A DNA stretch of 64,000 bases, from sequence record KP869112; one strand, written 5' to 3'. The number at the start of each line of letters is the position of its first letter. Positions within the stretch are counted from its first letter, which is position 1. Position numbers and translations under genes: made by a program. The DNA comes from Escherichia coli O157 typing phage 14. The notes under the pieces were generated by a model that did no database searches, was not told where the DNA came from, and worked only from the letters and a program-made list of their open reading frames with translations. This document shows, in pieces, positions 9,000 to 18,564 of the stretch.

Positions 9000-9280
9000 A
9001 AATGAGTGCTAAGGACAAATTACACCAGTTAGCGCTAAAATGTCCTGTAACGCTCCCTGACGAGCTTAACTCCATTTATGATGCGATTGTAGGGGAGATA
9101 CAAAATAAAGCGTTAGCAGGCTTTCTGGGATGCGGATTTTCGATAAATCTACCCTCGCATCTCTCAGATTACTTCCCGCATATTGTTGGGGATTTGAGGG
9201 CAGGAGGTCTGCAGGTAGATGTTGTTGGCATCTCTCCAGAGAAAAATAATACGGTTGCCTACTTGACAGTAACCTGGTAG
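8996..9280 (+). CDS. hypothetical protein
   Basis: ATG overlapping upstream stop, GAGG RBS; ORF-track start 8966 likely an extension. Confidence 0.45.
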   Translation: MKMSAKDKLHQLALKCPVTLPDELNSIYDAIVGEIQNKALAGFLGCGFSINLPSHLSDYFPHIVGDLRAGGLQVDVVGISPEKNNTVAYLTVTW

Positions 9281-9314
9281 TAGTGTATTGTTGTTCTCAA
9301 CAAGGGGGTCATTT

Positions 9315-9554
9315 ATGTACAAGTCATTTTCAATTTACTCAAGACAGGCGAAACACTACACAGAGATCCTGATTACTCAGAAAAAATCTGTAGAAGGTGA
9401 GTGGGAATATCACCATAAAATGTTGCGTCCAGATTGGGTTTTTGATAGACTTATTGCCATGATCCCTCTTGGGGAAGTATACCCTCTGACAGGTGGGAGG
9501 GATGCTTGGGATTTAATTGATTACATAGATTCATTTAAGGAGCCCAGTGTATGA
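9315..9554 (+). CDS. hypothetical protein
   Basis: ATG with AAGGGGG RBS; ORF-track start 9288 likely an extension. Confidence 0.45.
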   Translation: MYKSFSIYSRQAKHYTEILITQKKSVEGEWEYHHKMLRPDWVFDRLIAMIPLGEVYPLTGGRDAWDLIDYIDSFKEPSV

Positions 9555-9949
9555 AGATTGAGATCACTAAAGAAGGTAAGAAAGTGTCTGGAGACTATGC
9601 AACAGTAATTCGAGATTTAATGTTTGAAACCACCAAGTTCGGCACATCTAAAGTTGGTCAAACTGTTAGTGTGCAAGGCAATATCACCACAGGGGAGAAG
9701 ATAATCATTGTAATCAAAGGGCAGGATCCTGTGGAAGGAACAGTGGGCCGAGGAGGATACCTGTGCATTTCTGAAGAGCCACGTATGCTGGTGGCTGACC
9801 ACACTACAGGTGGGAAACGTGTGTGCGAGGCGAATGAGGTAATGATTATTCAACCTGTTGATCCAGATGATCCAGCAACTTGGGTGGTAGGAAATGAAAT
9901 CTTCTCCTTAGAAGAGTTATCCTTCCCAGCCCCACGCTCTGTTCAGTAA
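9551..9949 (+). CDS. small acidic protein, MKIEI-type paralog family
   Basis: AAGGAG RBS; N-terminus MKIEIT and acidic C-terminus shared with other family members. Confidence 0.5.
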   Translation: MKIEITKEGKKVSGDYATVIRDLMFETTKFGTSKVGQTVSVQGNITTGEKIIIVIKGQDPVEGTVGRGGYLCISEEPRMLVADHTTGGKRVCEANEVMIIQPVDPDDPATWVVGNEIFSLEELSFPAPRSVQ

Positions 9950-9988
9950 TAATTTATCTTACCATGGACGGTAGAAGCAGGAGGTAGC

Positions 9989-10222
9989 ATGAAAGTTAAA
10001 TTTCTTACAGATTTAGGGTACCCTTCCTTGGTTGACTGCATTGGTAAAATTGTGGAAGCAAAACGGCTATCTGCAAACGATAATGTTGTCATGGTTAAGG
10101 GAAAAGATTTATTAGCTGCAGGTGCAGAGTCTGGCAGGATCTCTCCTGACTATACATATTACTTATCTTTAAGTAATCTACCAGAACGAGGCGGCAAAGG
10201 CCTTGAAGTTGTGGAGGAGTGA
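9989..10222 (+). CDS. small acidic protein, MKVK...EVVEE paralog family
   Basis: GGAGG RBS; MKVKFL N-terminus, ends LEVVEE. Confidence 0.5.
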   Translation: MKVKFLTDLGYPSLVDCIGKIVEAKRLSANDNVVMVKGKDLLAAGAESGRISPDYTYYLSLSNLPERGGKGLEVVEE

Positions 10223-10227
10223 CAGGT

Positions 10228-10764
10228 ATGCTTCTGATTAACTGGGAAGACCTCTATGGGGACAAAGACCCTGTTGCGTTTGTTGATCGTAGATGGAGAT
10301 ACACTGAAGAACAACTGGCTGCAAAAAATTTAACTGCGAAACGCAGAAAGATCATCCAGTGCAAGTACAAATACGCACAATTTGCTGCAAAAGTGTCTCC
10401 ACAAATCGAGAGTTTTGTACTTAAATTGTATGACGAATACCTCAAGTTCAAATTGGATTTTGTACAGGTGTACCGTGCACAGGTACGCCCAGATACCAAC
10501 ATATGTAGATGGAAGGTTGTTTGTGACGGTAAAGATTTGCCGCTCAGCTTGACAATTGAGTGGCGTTATGGGTATCATGAGTGTGGTCTGTATGATATTT
10601 GGGATGTCATTGTAGATCCTGCTAAGTACCTGAACACAGAGGAGCTGGAATATATCAATAAGGTTATTCTCGATATGTTTTTCAGATACACCCGTGAAAA
10701 CTCTGAGAAAGAACGGGATGATTTTCTTGACACCATCAGCAACCATCTGCAGTATACAATTTAA
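10228..10764 (+). CDS. hypothetical protein
   Basis: ATG with GGAGGAG RBS; ORF-track start 10219 is a short extension. Confidence 0.5.
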   Translation: MLLINWEDLYGDKDPVAFVDRRWRYTEEQLAAKNLTAKRRKIIQCKYKYAQFAAKVSPQIESFVLKLYDEYLKFKLDFVQVYRAQVRPDTNICRWKVVCDGKDLPLSLTIEWRYGYHECGLYDIWDVIVDPAKYLNTEELEYINKVILDMFFRYTRENSEKERDDFLDTISNHLQYTI

Positions 10765-10782
10765 CCTACAAAGGGAGGGCTA

Positions 10783-11019
10783 ATGAGTATAAATGTTGTG
10801 CTAATAGGCTACCTGGTAATAGCCGTTATAACAGCGGTATTCTTGACAGGTATATGCATCGTGTCTAGACGAAAGGTGAAGTTTGATGATTTTATCACCA
10901 TCATCACTGCTGCACCTTTTTGGCCTATTGTTATCTTCATCGTAATAATGTGCCTAGTTGATTACTACAAGAATATTCGTAAGGAGAAAAAGGAGAGTAG
11001 GGATGGAGACCGCACCTAA
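10783..11019 (+). CDS. small membrane protein
   Basis: AAGGGAGGG RBS; two hydrophobic helices followed by basic tail. Confidence 0.45.
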   Translation: MSINVVLIGYLVIAVITAVFLTGICIVSRRKVKFDDFITIITAAPFWPIVIFIVIMCLVDYYKNIRKEKKESRDGDRT

Positions 11020-11132
11020 AGCTGTTTATACTGTTCTTAAAGAGATTGCGTTCTACGCAGATCTTAGCCAGGCACCTTTATGGGAAAAGAGCATGTATTT
11101 AAAATGGTGCGTTAATTTAGGGAGACCTTCCA

Positions 11133-11621
11133 GTGTTTCAAGCCATGTTTATTGAGATGCTATCTGGGGTATTGTTACTGGTAGCCATCTTAGGTGGTGC
11201 AGTTCTGATGTATAACTATCTTGAAAAAGGAGAAATTTTAACAAAATCTGGAAAGATAACTTTGATACCTCTTGATAGTAAAGGTAAAGACCCGTCACGA
11301 CTTGTTATAGATGATTACGTTACAGGTGTGACGTTCGAGGTCTCTGTGGAGAGGTTAATACGCAGAGCTGGCGGCCCTTATGACCGAAGAGAGTATGTTT
11401 TCGATTCCGTTACAGAGATGGGGGAGCATCCGTCTTTAATGTTCAGGATGGTAATCAGGGATATGAGGTCATCTATAGATAGGATCGTAAAGGACATTAA
11501 GGAACCTTTTAGGGTAAAAGTTAAGAAGTTTTTTGATTCTAAGATTAACATACTTGCTGTTGTGCTAGGCGTAATTCAACTTCTGTTAATTTTGCACTAT
11601 TTTGAACTGTTGTTTAAGTAG
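11133..11621 (+). CDS. membrane protein
   Basis: GTG start with AGGGAG RBS; N-terminal and C-terminal hydrophobic segments. Confidence 0.45.
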   Translation: MFQAMFIEMLSGVLLLVAILGGAVLMYNYLEKGEILTKSGKITLIPLDSKGKDPSRLVIDDYVTGVTFEVSVERLIRRAGGPYDRREYVFDSVTEMGEHPSLMFRMVIRDMRSSIDRIVKDIKEPFRVKVKKFFDSKINILAVVLGVIQLLLILHYFELLFK

Positions 11622-11681
11622 TGTGCAACAAGGCACAAAGGATGTGCCATAATTAAACAAATTAAGAAAGAGGTAGAGAGA

Positions 11682-12029
11682 ATGTCAAAGATTAAATCGA
11701 TATTAATGTGGGTAGCTGTTGTGGCTTTTGTAGGATACTGGACTTGGGAAACTGAATTAAAAGATATCGGATATACCAGTCTTGAGAGCAAGGCATGCAT
11801 TGGCATAACCGATGCATTCAGGCAAAATGCTATGGATCACGAATGTGTCGATGCAGATATAGATGAGAAACTATCTAAGGACAAGGATTTTTACCATGGT
11901 CATGCCTTGCTTGATAGTGGTGACACTGTAGAATTCTGGTCGTGGTTCCGTGAAGATGGAACAATAAAGACAGCAGTAAAGATTTCCAACAAAGAGTTAA
12001 TGCTGTTGCAGCAGAAGGAGGCTCAATGA
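11682..12029 (+). CDS. hypothetical protein with N-terminal transmembrane segment
   Basis: RBS AAGAAAGAGG; hydrophobic N-terminus. Confidence 0.5.
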   Translation: MSKIKSILMWVAVVAFVGYWTWETELKDIGYTSLESKACIGITDAFRQNAMDHECVDADIDEKLSKDKDFYHGHALLDSGDTVEFWSWFREDGTIKTAVKISNKELMLLQQKEAQ

Positions 12030-12313
12030 TCTGGATATCTTATACTGATGGCACCATGCTGTATACTGCAGGTACCAGATATGAAGTTCAGGAGAACGAT
12101 AAAAAATTTATCGTAAGAACATTTGACAAGGACGACAACCTTTTGCTAGAATTGACTTACAAGGTTGGAGAGGTATCCAATATCCAATTGGATTGTGGTC
12201 ATAAAGATAATCCACTCAAAAAACCTGGAATAGGCAAGGCTTCAGAAGAACGTTTGTCTCGTATTGCAGAAAGCGTTTCTCCCCAAAAATCCAAGAAGAG
12301 GATTAGAAAATGA
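12026..12313 (+). CDS. hypothetical protein
   Basis: ATGA overlap with upstream gene; no motif. Confidence 0.5.
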   Translation: MIWISYTDGTMLYTAGTRYEVQENDKKFIVRTFDKDDNLLLELTYKVGEVSNIQLDCGHKDNPLKKPGIGKASEERLSRIAESVSPQKSKKRIRK

Positions 12314-12510
12314 GTGACAAAATTCTTAAATTTAATACCTACTATGAGAATGATTTGAACGATCTGTATTATATAGTGCGTAGCGAAAACCCAAATGTAG
12401 TTCTGTTTTGCCGAGAACCTTTCAAAAAAGAGGAGATTGAATCTACCATGAATGTGGATCAGATTTCACACCTGCTGCTCCTTGGATCATTAAAAGAGGC
12501 AGTATTCTAA
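12310..12510 (+). CDS. hypothetical protein
   Basis: ATGA overlap with upstream gene; no motif. Confidence 0.45.
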   Translation: MSDKILKFNTYYENDLNDLYYIVRSENPNVVLFCREPFKKEEIESTMNVDQISHLLLLGSLKEAVF

Positions 12511-12529
12511 ACCAGGGTGGAGGGTTTTT

Positions 12530-12715
12530 ATGAAGCATTATTGTCTGTCTGGTAGATTGGGTGCAGATTGTGATTGGGTTTTCTTAAAACTTGTCAGCAT
12601 TCGAGAGTCCATCTCAGAAGAAGAGCAAGAAAGTGAGCTGATGTCATGGATCAACCATTACGGTAACACTTTTCGGCATGTTAAGGTAGAAGAGTTGCCA
12701 AGCGAGGCTGATTGA
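12530..12715 (+). CDS. hypothetical protein
   Basis: RBS GGTGGAGGG; no motif. Confidence 0.4.
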   Translation: MKHYCLSGRLGADCDWVFLKLVSIRESISEEEQESELMSWINHYGNTFRHVKVEELPSEAD

Positions 12716-12717
12716 CT

Positions 12718-12807
12718 ATGATTGCATCAATATTAACGTTTATGGGTGGCGTGGCATTCGGATTCATTGTTTGCCTGTTTATAGTGATTATGTCTATGCG
12801 AGGCTGA
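12718..12807 (+). CDS. small hydrophobic peptide (29 aa)
   Basis: ATG right after upstream stop; single predicted TM helix; below ORF-track cutoff. Confidence 0.3.
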   Translation: MIASILTFMGGVAFGFIVCLFIVIMSMRG

Positions 12808-12810
12808 ATT

Positions 12811-13107
12811 ATGAAACTTTTTGAGTGGTTTAAAAAGTTTAAATATAAAGCTGTAGCCATCGTGCCGTGGTCCATTCAGTGGGTTGATGAAGGTGGTCTA
12901 CCAATACCTGGTGACAAAGATACTGGGTACTGGATTATGATGGAGAACGGGTTTGGAAAGCGAAAGTATACGTGCACAAACTCTACTCGATCTGCGCTTA
13001 ATAGAGTGCCTGGTTACAAACTTATGGTTGTGTGGAAAATGTCAGGCGTGCCTCCAGCTAATGCTCAATTTCTTACTGACAATCCGACCACGGTAGAGGG
13101 AGATTGA
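12811..13107 (+). CDS. hypothetical protein
   Basis: ORF-track ORF in operon-like packing; no motif. Confidence 0.5.
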   Translation: MKLFEWFKKFKYKAVAIVPWSIQWVDEGGLPIPGDKDTGYWIMMENGFGKRKYTCTNSTRSALNRVPGYKLMVVWKMSGVPPANAQFLTDNPTTVEGD

Positions 13108-13391
13108 TAATGAAAAAGATTAACAGTGGTGAAGTTGAGTTTAAACTTGTCGGGAAAGGCACTTACTGGGAAGTTCGTCAAAAGGTATATTTGTTCGGTC
13201 TTATTCCCTATTGGTCTAAATTCTACTGGGGAGCTAACGAGTGGGGAAGATACGCCACCAAATCAATGGCACTTATTGGTATAGCAGAGTACATTGCAGC
13301 CAGAGATAGGGTTGGAGACACTTATTACTATACTGCGGACGATATTCGTAACAGTGTTTACGTCCCACAACCACCTGATGGAGACCGTTGA
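13104..13391 (+). CDS. hypothetical protein
   Basis: Overlapping start/stop; no motif. Confidence 0.5.
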   Translation: MIMKKINSGEVEFKLVGKGTYWEVRQKVYLFGLIPYWSKFYWGANEWGRYATKSMALIGIAEYIAARDRVGDTYYYTADDIRNSVYVPQPPDGDR

Positions 13392-13615
13392 TGAAAGTTA
13401 AAGTTTTAGATTCAAGCTTCTATATTGGTCAGGAGCCTTTAGTAGGAAAAGTGTTTACTGCTGTCCCTAACGAAGATTACCCTGACCTTTTAAAAATAAA
13501 AGGAGCAGATCTTATTGCCGCTGGTGCATCTCAGGAATGCTTTGACAGTCAGTGGACCTACAACTTTGCCCTAGGTGAGGATGTAGAGGTAGTGGAGGAC
13601 GATCATGAAGGTTAA
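13388..13615 (+). CDS. small acidic protein, MKVK paralog family (cassette copy 1, gene a)
   Basis: MKVKVL N-terminus, ends EVVEDD; paralog of 15477-15740. Confidence 0.5.
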   Translation: MMKVKVLDSSFYIGQEPLVGKVFTAVPNEDYPDLLKIKGADLIAAGASQECFDSQWTYNFALGEDVEVVEDDHEG

Positions 13616-13859
13616 AATTCTTGATTCTAACGTCTACTTGGGACAATCCTTCCTGAATGGAAAGGTCGTTCCTGCGGTATACTTTGAAGGGTTGCCGTGG
13701 GATGATCCTGTGCGGCAACATCACAGTTATGTAGGCCACAACGTGGTGTTTATCTTGGGATCAGACCTGATCACCGCTGGTGCACCTGAATATTATTTCG
13801 GGGAAGAGTCCTACTATGCCTTTGGGGTAGGGTCAGATGCAGATATTGTAGAGCTGTGA
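13605..13859 (+). CDS. small acidic protein, MKVK paralog family (cassette copy 1, gene b)
   Basis: MKVKIL N-terminus; AFGVGSDADIVEL tail matches AFVVGSDVEVIEE of 15745-16077. Confidence 0.5.
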   Translation: MKVKILDSNVYLGQSFLNGKVVPAVYFEGLPWDDPVRQHHSYVGHNVVFILGSDLITAGAPEYYFGEESYYAFGVGSDADIVEL

Positions 13860-13871
13860 TGGGTAACCGTT

Positions 13872-14270
13872 GTGAAAAATAAACTGTTTAAAGTTACAAT
13901 GAAAATTCGCGGGGCTTGGAGCGTAAAGCAAGGGCGTATTCCAGAATTTGAGAAAGACTTCTACGTAGTCTCCACCTCGGAGGAGGCTGCATGCTGGCAG
14001 GCTGGCTATGCCTATGCAAGAACCTGGTACGAAGGATACCAGACTGGGGGCTATGACGGAGAAATTATCAGCAAGGGTGTAGAAGAAATTAATGTGTTGA
14101 CAAGTGAAAAAGTTTTTGTTATAGTGCATCCAGATTCCAGAGTGAAGCATTACTGGAATGCCAGAACAAAAACTTGGACACCGTTTGCAGATTCTGCTAC
14201 GCCACTTTTAAACCAGAAAGCTCTTGACTCTGCCCCAAGTTATGGGGTTGTTGAAGAAAAGCTAAACTGA
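13872..14270 (+). CDS. hypothetical protein (cassette copy 1, gene c)
   Basis: HPDSRVKHYWNARTKTWTPF matches HPHSNIAYYWDVLNNEWTPDL of 16077-16472. Confidence 0.5.
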   Translation: MKNKLFKVTMKIRGAWSVKQGRIPEFEKDFYVVSTSEEAACWQAGYAYARTWYEGYQTGGYDGEIISKGVEEINVLTSEKVFVIVHPDSRVKHYWNARTKTWTPFADSATPLLNQKALDSAPSYGVVEEKLN

Positions 14271-14287
14271 AACAGTGAGGTGTCACC

Positions 14288-14578
14288 ATGATGGATTTAA
14301 TTCTAAATATTGATAACGCAGGAGAGTTTAAAGACGAGGGTGTAACAAGCATGGACAAACCCTGCTCTGCTAAGGTTGACTCAAAATGGACCTACAAGTT
14401 TGACGGAGAGATCTTCGCAAATGATGAGAAGGTTGTAGATGCTGCAGCCATTTTAAACGCTCTAGGGTACGACCCTGTGAATTCTTTGATCAAGGATCCT
14501 GTTGAGTTTGCAGAGTATGTTCGAAAAATGGCAGATCTTGCTGTGGATATTTTAAAAACTATCGACAACAAGCTGTAA
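14288..14578 (+). CDS. hypothetical acidic protein
   Basis: RBS GTGAGG; no motif. Confidence 0.5.
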   Translation: MMDLILNIDNAGEFKDEGVTSMDKPCSAKVDSKWTYKFDGEIFANDEKVVDAAAILNALGYDPVNSLIKDPVEFAEYVRKMADLAVDILKTIDNKL

Positions 14579-14584
14579 AAACTG

Positions 14585-14613
14585 TTGACACAACGCTTCA
14601 GATTTAGTATCAT
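14585..14613 (+). promoter_or_regulatory. sigma70-like promoter (TTGACA, 17 nt, TATCAT)
   Basis: Upstream of hpf-like gene. Confidence 0.35.
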
Positions 14614-14660
14614 TGTTTTCAAAGATGGTTTGGTTCCCTCTTCTTTAAAAGGAACACGTT

Positions 14661-14978
14661 ATGCAAATTGAAATCACTGGCAACGTAGAAATCACTGAAG
14701 GTATGGTGTCTTTCATTTCCCACAAAATGTCTAAGCTGGAGCGTTTGCACCCCTCTGCCAACTATGCACGTGTGAGTGTAAAAGTTGAAAATGATCACCA
14801 GGAAGTTATGGCGCTCATTTTTGACAATTCTGGAAAAGAAGTTATTGCCAAGGCTAAAGGTAGTGATGCTTACGAGGCAACTGACCGTATGGTAGATGTT
14901 GCAGCACGTCAGCTGGCTAAATGCGGTGGAAAGAAAGGTAAGGGGAAAGGCAAAGTAAAGATTGACTTTGGAGAATGA
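14661..14978 (+). CDS. hpf: ribosome hibernation promoting factor / RaiA (YfiA) family protein
   Basis: N-terminus MQIEITGNVEITEGM... and ...AYEATDRMVDVAARQLAK closely track bacterial HPF (MQLNITG..VEITEAL ... ARQL); lysine-rich tail. Confidence 0.75.
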   Translation: MQIEITGNVEITEGMVSFISHKMSKLERLHPSANYARVSVKVENDHQEVMALIFDNSGKEVIAKAKGSDAYEATDRMVDVAARQLAKCGGKKGKGKGKVKIDFGE

Positions 14979-15115
14979 GGTGCTACAATGGGCGTGATTA
15001 AGAAACTAGTCCCAAATGTAGAGATTGCATGCTTTGAAATTATGTTTGCAATCGCAGTTGTAGTTAATGTGTTAGGTTACGGCTATTAATATCAAATAAT
15101 TGAGGAGACCTCTAA

Positions 15116-15385
15116 ATGAAAATTAAATTATTCAAAACTGAGCTGGCAGACAAAAACTGTGGACTGGTTGAAGGCATGATTGTCGAAGCACAACCAGTTG
15201 ACTATATGAAGGTGGTTCGTGATGCCCTGGGTGAAGGTTTTGATCTGATGGAGCCAGCTCTGCGAGAAGATGTTATCGAGATGGCTAAAAAGCACACACC
15301 TGAAGGAATGGTGGTGTTTGTTGCACCAGGTAACGGAGAAGAGTTGATTGTAACTCCGGATGTGTATGAGATTGTAGAGGAATAA
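15116..15385 (+). CDS. small acidic protein, MKIK...EIVEE paralog family
   Basis: RBS GAGGAGA; ends YEIVEE. Confidence 0.5.
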   Translation: MKIKLFKTELADKNCGLVEGMIVEAQPVDYMKVVRDALGEGFDLMEPALREDVIEMAKKHTPEGMVVFVAPGNGEELIVTPDVYEIVEE

Positions 15386-15476
15386 TCCTGCTTGGATTAG
15401 CATACTTCCTCGACAAGGAAGGTTTGTAATTATTTGTGGGAAAGGAATCCCAATCTCTTACCATAGGTGATACTAT

Positions 15477-15740
15477 ATGATTGTTTATTTTAAAACTTCA
15501 GGTGGATACCCTGATTCTCAAAGCTTGATCGGAAAAACGTGCACAGCATACTCACCTCTTGATGAGGAGGTAGGCGATATTCTACGAAATATGTATCGGA
15601 TTGATCCCCAAGAAGCCTTTGATCAAAACCTTGTATTTGTCAAGGGCTCAGACATGAAGTCTTTGGGAGCATTCCCTGAAGCAGATGATGATGCCGTTTA
15701 TTCGTTCATGACCCCTTTTGAAGCTATGGTTGTCGGGTGA
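15477..15740 (+). CDS. small acidic protein (cassette copy 2, gene a)
   Basis: Paralog of 13388-13615 (GYP...LIGK..TA...KGSD motifs). Confidence 0.5.
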   Translation: MIVYFKTSGGYPDSQSLIGKTCTAYSPLDEEVGDILRNMYRIDPQEAFDQNLVFVKGSDMKSLGAFPEADDDAVYSFMTPFEAMVVG

Positions 15741-15744
15741 TAAT

Positions 15745-16077
15745 ATGAAAGTACGCTTTATTGGTGAAACAATTCCTGTGCATCTCCGGTCGCCTGAGGA
15801 TTCTGCAGATCTTGCATCTCAGAAAGCGAGAGGCTATGATAAGAAAGTAACCTCAACCGGTGTAGTGCTTGAGGCTACTAGTCTACCTGACCCTGCTGCA
15901 TTCTTTAATCATTATGGGTACTATTTCAGCAATCTTATGAATATCGGTGAGCTTGTGTTTATTAGTGGTGGAGAGATTGTTAGCAAGCTTGGCGGCGATC
16001 CGGATGTCTTTCATGAAACCTGTCCTTTTGCATTTGTGGTAGGTTCAGATGTGGAAGTTATTGAGGAGGTGCGGTAA
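15745..16077 (+). CDS. small acidic protein, MKVR paralog family (cassette copy 2, gene b)
   Basis: ATG with GGGTGA RBS; ends VGSDVEVIEEVR. Confidence 0.5.
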   Translation: MKVRFIGETIPVHLRSPEDSADLASQKARGYDKKVTSTGVVLEATSLPDPAAFFNHYGYYFSNLMNIGELVFISGGEIVSKLGGDPDVFHETCPFAFVVGSDVEVIEEVR

Positions 16078-16472
16078 TGGTAAGCCTATACCGTGTTGAG
16101 TATAGCTCAGATACTGTATACAACGTAAGAAGCAAAGATCGCAGCAACAGAGTGCAAGAAATGTATGTTCTTGCCGACAGTCCGTTATCTGCAGCGTTCA
16201 AGGCAGGGGCTCTTGCATCTCGTTGGAAATTTGAAGGCGGATCTTTCTATGAAGAAACCCTTGAAGATTCTGTTGTTATTTCTTCTGTAGAGGTTTCAGA
16301 TGACTACGAAGGGAAAAAGTTCGTAATGCGGCACCCACACAGCAACATTGCGTACTACTGGGATGTTCTGAACAACGAGTGGACCCCAGATCTTCAGAAG
16401 GCCACTGTGCTAACACCGTTTTTGGCAGATAAGTTCCCACCAGAAGGTAATTTATCCGCACTGTTTCAGTAA
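16077..16472 (+). CDS. hypothetical protein (cassette copy 2, gene c)
   Basis: RBS GAGGAGG; paralog of 13872-14270. Confidence 0.5.
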   Translation: MVSLYRVEYSSDTVYNVRSKDRSNRVQEMYVLADSPLSAAFKAGALASRWKFEGGSFYEETLEDSVVISSVEVSDDYEGKKFVMRHPHSNIAYYWDVLNNEWTPDLQKATVLTPFLADKFPPEGNLSALFQ

Positions 16473-16490
16473 TTTTCTTGCACACAGGTG

Positions 16491-16519
16491 TTGACAACAC
16501 CAACCCTGTGTGAAATAAT
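16491..16519 (+). promoter_or_regulatory. sigma70-like promoter (TTGACA, 17 nt, AATAAT)
   Basis: Upstream of 16552 gene. Confidence 0.4.
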
Positions 16520-16551
16520 ACCTTCATCTTAACAAGACGGGAGACTGATTG

Positions 16552-16809
16552 ATGAAGATTAAACTGAAAAACCTTGAAATGGCAGAGATTCAGGATGGTG
16601 TTGATTTCCGCTCTAAAGATGGTGACATCTTAGAGGTAAATCTTCCAACCTACGAGCTGATTAAAGGTTTTGGCAACGTTCAGGAAGAGGATATTCCAGA
16701 AATTCTTATGATGTTGATTCTTGACGGAACTGTGTTTGTAGGTGAAGGTGAGAACGCTATTGCAATCCCAGGCCATTTTTATGAAGTAGTTGACGAAGAG
16801 GTGCTGTAA
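16552..16809 (+). CDS. small acidic protein, MKIK...EVVDEEVL paralog family
   Basis: RBS GGGAGA. Confidence 0.5.
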   Translation: MKIKLKNLEMAEIQDGVDFRSKDGDILEVNLPTYELIKGFGNVQEEDIPEILMMLILDGTVFVGEGENAIAIPGHFYEVVDEEVL

Positions 16810-17160
16810 ATGAAAGTAGAAATTACTGGTTTTGATGTTAGTGTGGTTCCGGAAGATATTTTAGCTAACTTACCGGAAGGTTTTGGTAACGGTGTTGTGG
16901 TGGATGCTGTTCCTCCTACCAAAGACATTCTGCTGCAGTATGGTGTAGCAGAGGAAGATGTCGATAAAGTTCTTACAATGATGGCAATCGATCGTGTTGT
17001 CGTTGTTAAAGGTCTCGATAATTTTGAGAGTGATCCTCTGATTATTCGCGGAGATGACTACAAAATCATCGATAATGAAGGCCAAGAGTTCTATGAGCCT
17101 TGTGCAGAAGATATTCTTAACTTATTACTGGAAGCAGGCACCGAAGAGGAGGACGAATAA
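16810..17160 (+). CDS. small acidic protein, MKVEI paralog family
   Basis: ATGA-type overlap; very acidic C-terminus. Confidence 0.5.
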   Translation: MKVEITGFDVSVVPEDILANLPEGFGNGVVVDAVPPTKDILLQYGVAEEDVDKVLTMMAIDRVVVVKGLDNFESDPLIIRGDDYKIIDNEGQEFYEPCAEDILNLLLEAGTEEEDE

Positions 17161-17489
17161 TGAAGATTGACCAGTTACTGAAGGCTCGTGCAGAAAAAGC
17201 GTACACCATTAAGCTGACCAACCTGGTTCCTACTTGTCATCCGGATGTAGGTTGGCCCGAAGGTCTGGTAGAGGGAACTGTAACAGCTGCATACCTTCCT
17301 AACATCAAGTACCTTATGGAGATCTTAGAGATGGATGAGGAAACTGCAGAACAGTTCCAGTTAGATATGAAACAGAGTGGGACTCTGGTTATTCACGGGT
17401 GGTATAATACTAAAGATGCAGAAGACCCTCTGGTAACTTCTAATCTGGCATATGAAATCTTAGGGCCTTTGAACCTGGAGGAAGACTAA
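17160..17489 (+). CDS. small acidic protein
   Basis: Overlapping start; no motif. Confidence 0.5.
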   Translation: MKIDQLLKARAEKAYTIKLTNLVPTCHPDVGWPEGLVEGTVTAAYLPNIKYLMEILEMDEETAEQFQLDMKQSGTLVIHGWYNTKDAEDPLVTSNLAYEILGPLNLEED

Positions 17490-17776
17490 TGAAAGATCTG
17501 GTTAAGATTAAGATTAAAGATACCAATGGAGAACTCAGCCATTTTGGAATTAATGATGGTGACGAGCTGATCGCACACCTGCCTACTAAGGAGGTTGTAA
17601 GCAAAGCAGTTGCAGGAGAAGAAGCTGCAATGCAGGCTGCAGGTGTGGATGAAAACTATGTAGCTATGTGCATGTGCCGAGATCAGGTTGTTCTGTATAA
17701 AGCGTATCGACCAAACGGAGCCACGGAGTGGCTTGTATTCCGACCCGAAGGATATGAAATCTTAGAGGCACTATGA
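17489..17776 (+). CDS. small acidic protein
   Basis: Overlapping start; no motif. Confidence 0.5.
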   Translation: MKDLVKIKIKDTNGELSHFGINDGDELIAHLPTKEVVSKAVAGEEAAMQAAGVDENYVAMCMCRDQVVLYKAYRPNGATEWLVFRPEGYEILEAL

Positions 17777-17865
17777 TAAATCTTGCCAAGGTTGCAACGG
17801 CACTGCTAATTATTTGCTGGTCAGTAACCTTAACACTGTGTCTTGTATTTCAGTGAGGTGCTTGT

Positions 17866-18129
17866 ATGAACATCCTGATGTGGGTTATAGCAGTGGCGTT
17901 TGTTGCATGTTTTTGCTGCTGGGTTGCGGTGAGGATTTCTGTAGCTACCCTTCGGAAGTTGGGGTTCTCAGAATGGGATATTAATATCCTTTCTTTTCGC
18001 AATGAAACAATCTCAGCCGCCCTGCTTTGTAAGAAATTCAAGTGGGAACCTTGTGAGGTCATGAGCTATCTAAGAACAGGCGATATCCCTGAAAGATTTA
18101 AAAAAGTTCTTGACGGCAAGGATAAATGA
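17866..18129 (+). CDS. small membrane protein
   Basis: RBS GTGAGG; hydrophobic N-terminal helix. Confidence 0.45.
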   Translation: MNILMWVIAVAFVACFCCWVAVRISVATLRKLGFSEWDINILSFRNETISAALLCKKFKWEPCEVMSYLRTGDIPERFKKVLDGKDK

Positions 18130-18284
18130 CAGTATAGTGACTAACAAGAGGTGAGGAGTGACTGATTTTACTGAAGCTTTAATGATGGCCTTGTCTGTTT
18201 TAGCGCTATCGGTGTGTTTTGGGGCGTTATTCACATCTCTGGTTAAAGTTTTACATACAATATTATTACCCAAGGAGCGCAGTA

Positions 18285-18536
18285 ATGACGAAGATTGACT
18301 TGAATGCTGGCGATCATGTTGTTGTCAAATGCATTGGAGATTATCTTGGATTCACAATCGGCAATACTTACGAGGCGGTAGTGGCGAAGGTTTATCATGA
18401 TAAAGTCCTCAGTCTTGTATTTGACTGCGATGATGATGGGGATGACCGATACGTCTGTGAGGTGCTGGCACGAGACGATAGTGAAGACCAGAAATTTCTG
18501 GTTATTGAACTGAACGGTATTTTTGTAGAACGTTAA
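18285..18536 (+). CDS. hypothetical protein
   Basis: ATG with AAGGAG RBS; ORF-track start 18219 is an extension. Confidence 0.5.
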   Translation: MTKIDLNAGDHVVVKCIGDYLGFTIGNTYEAVVAKVYHDKVLSLVFDCDDDGDDRYVCEVLARDDSEDQKFLVIELNGIFVER

Positions 18537-18564
18537 TTTAAAACAACATAAGGAGACTCTTACT

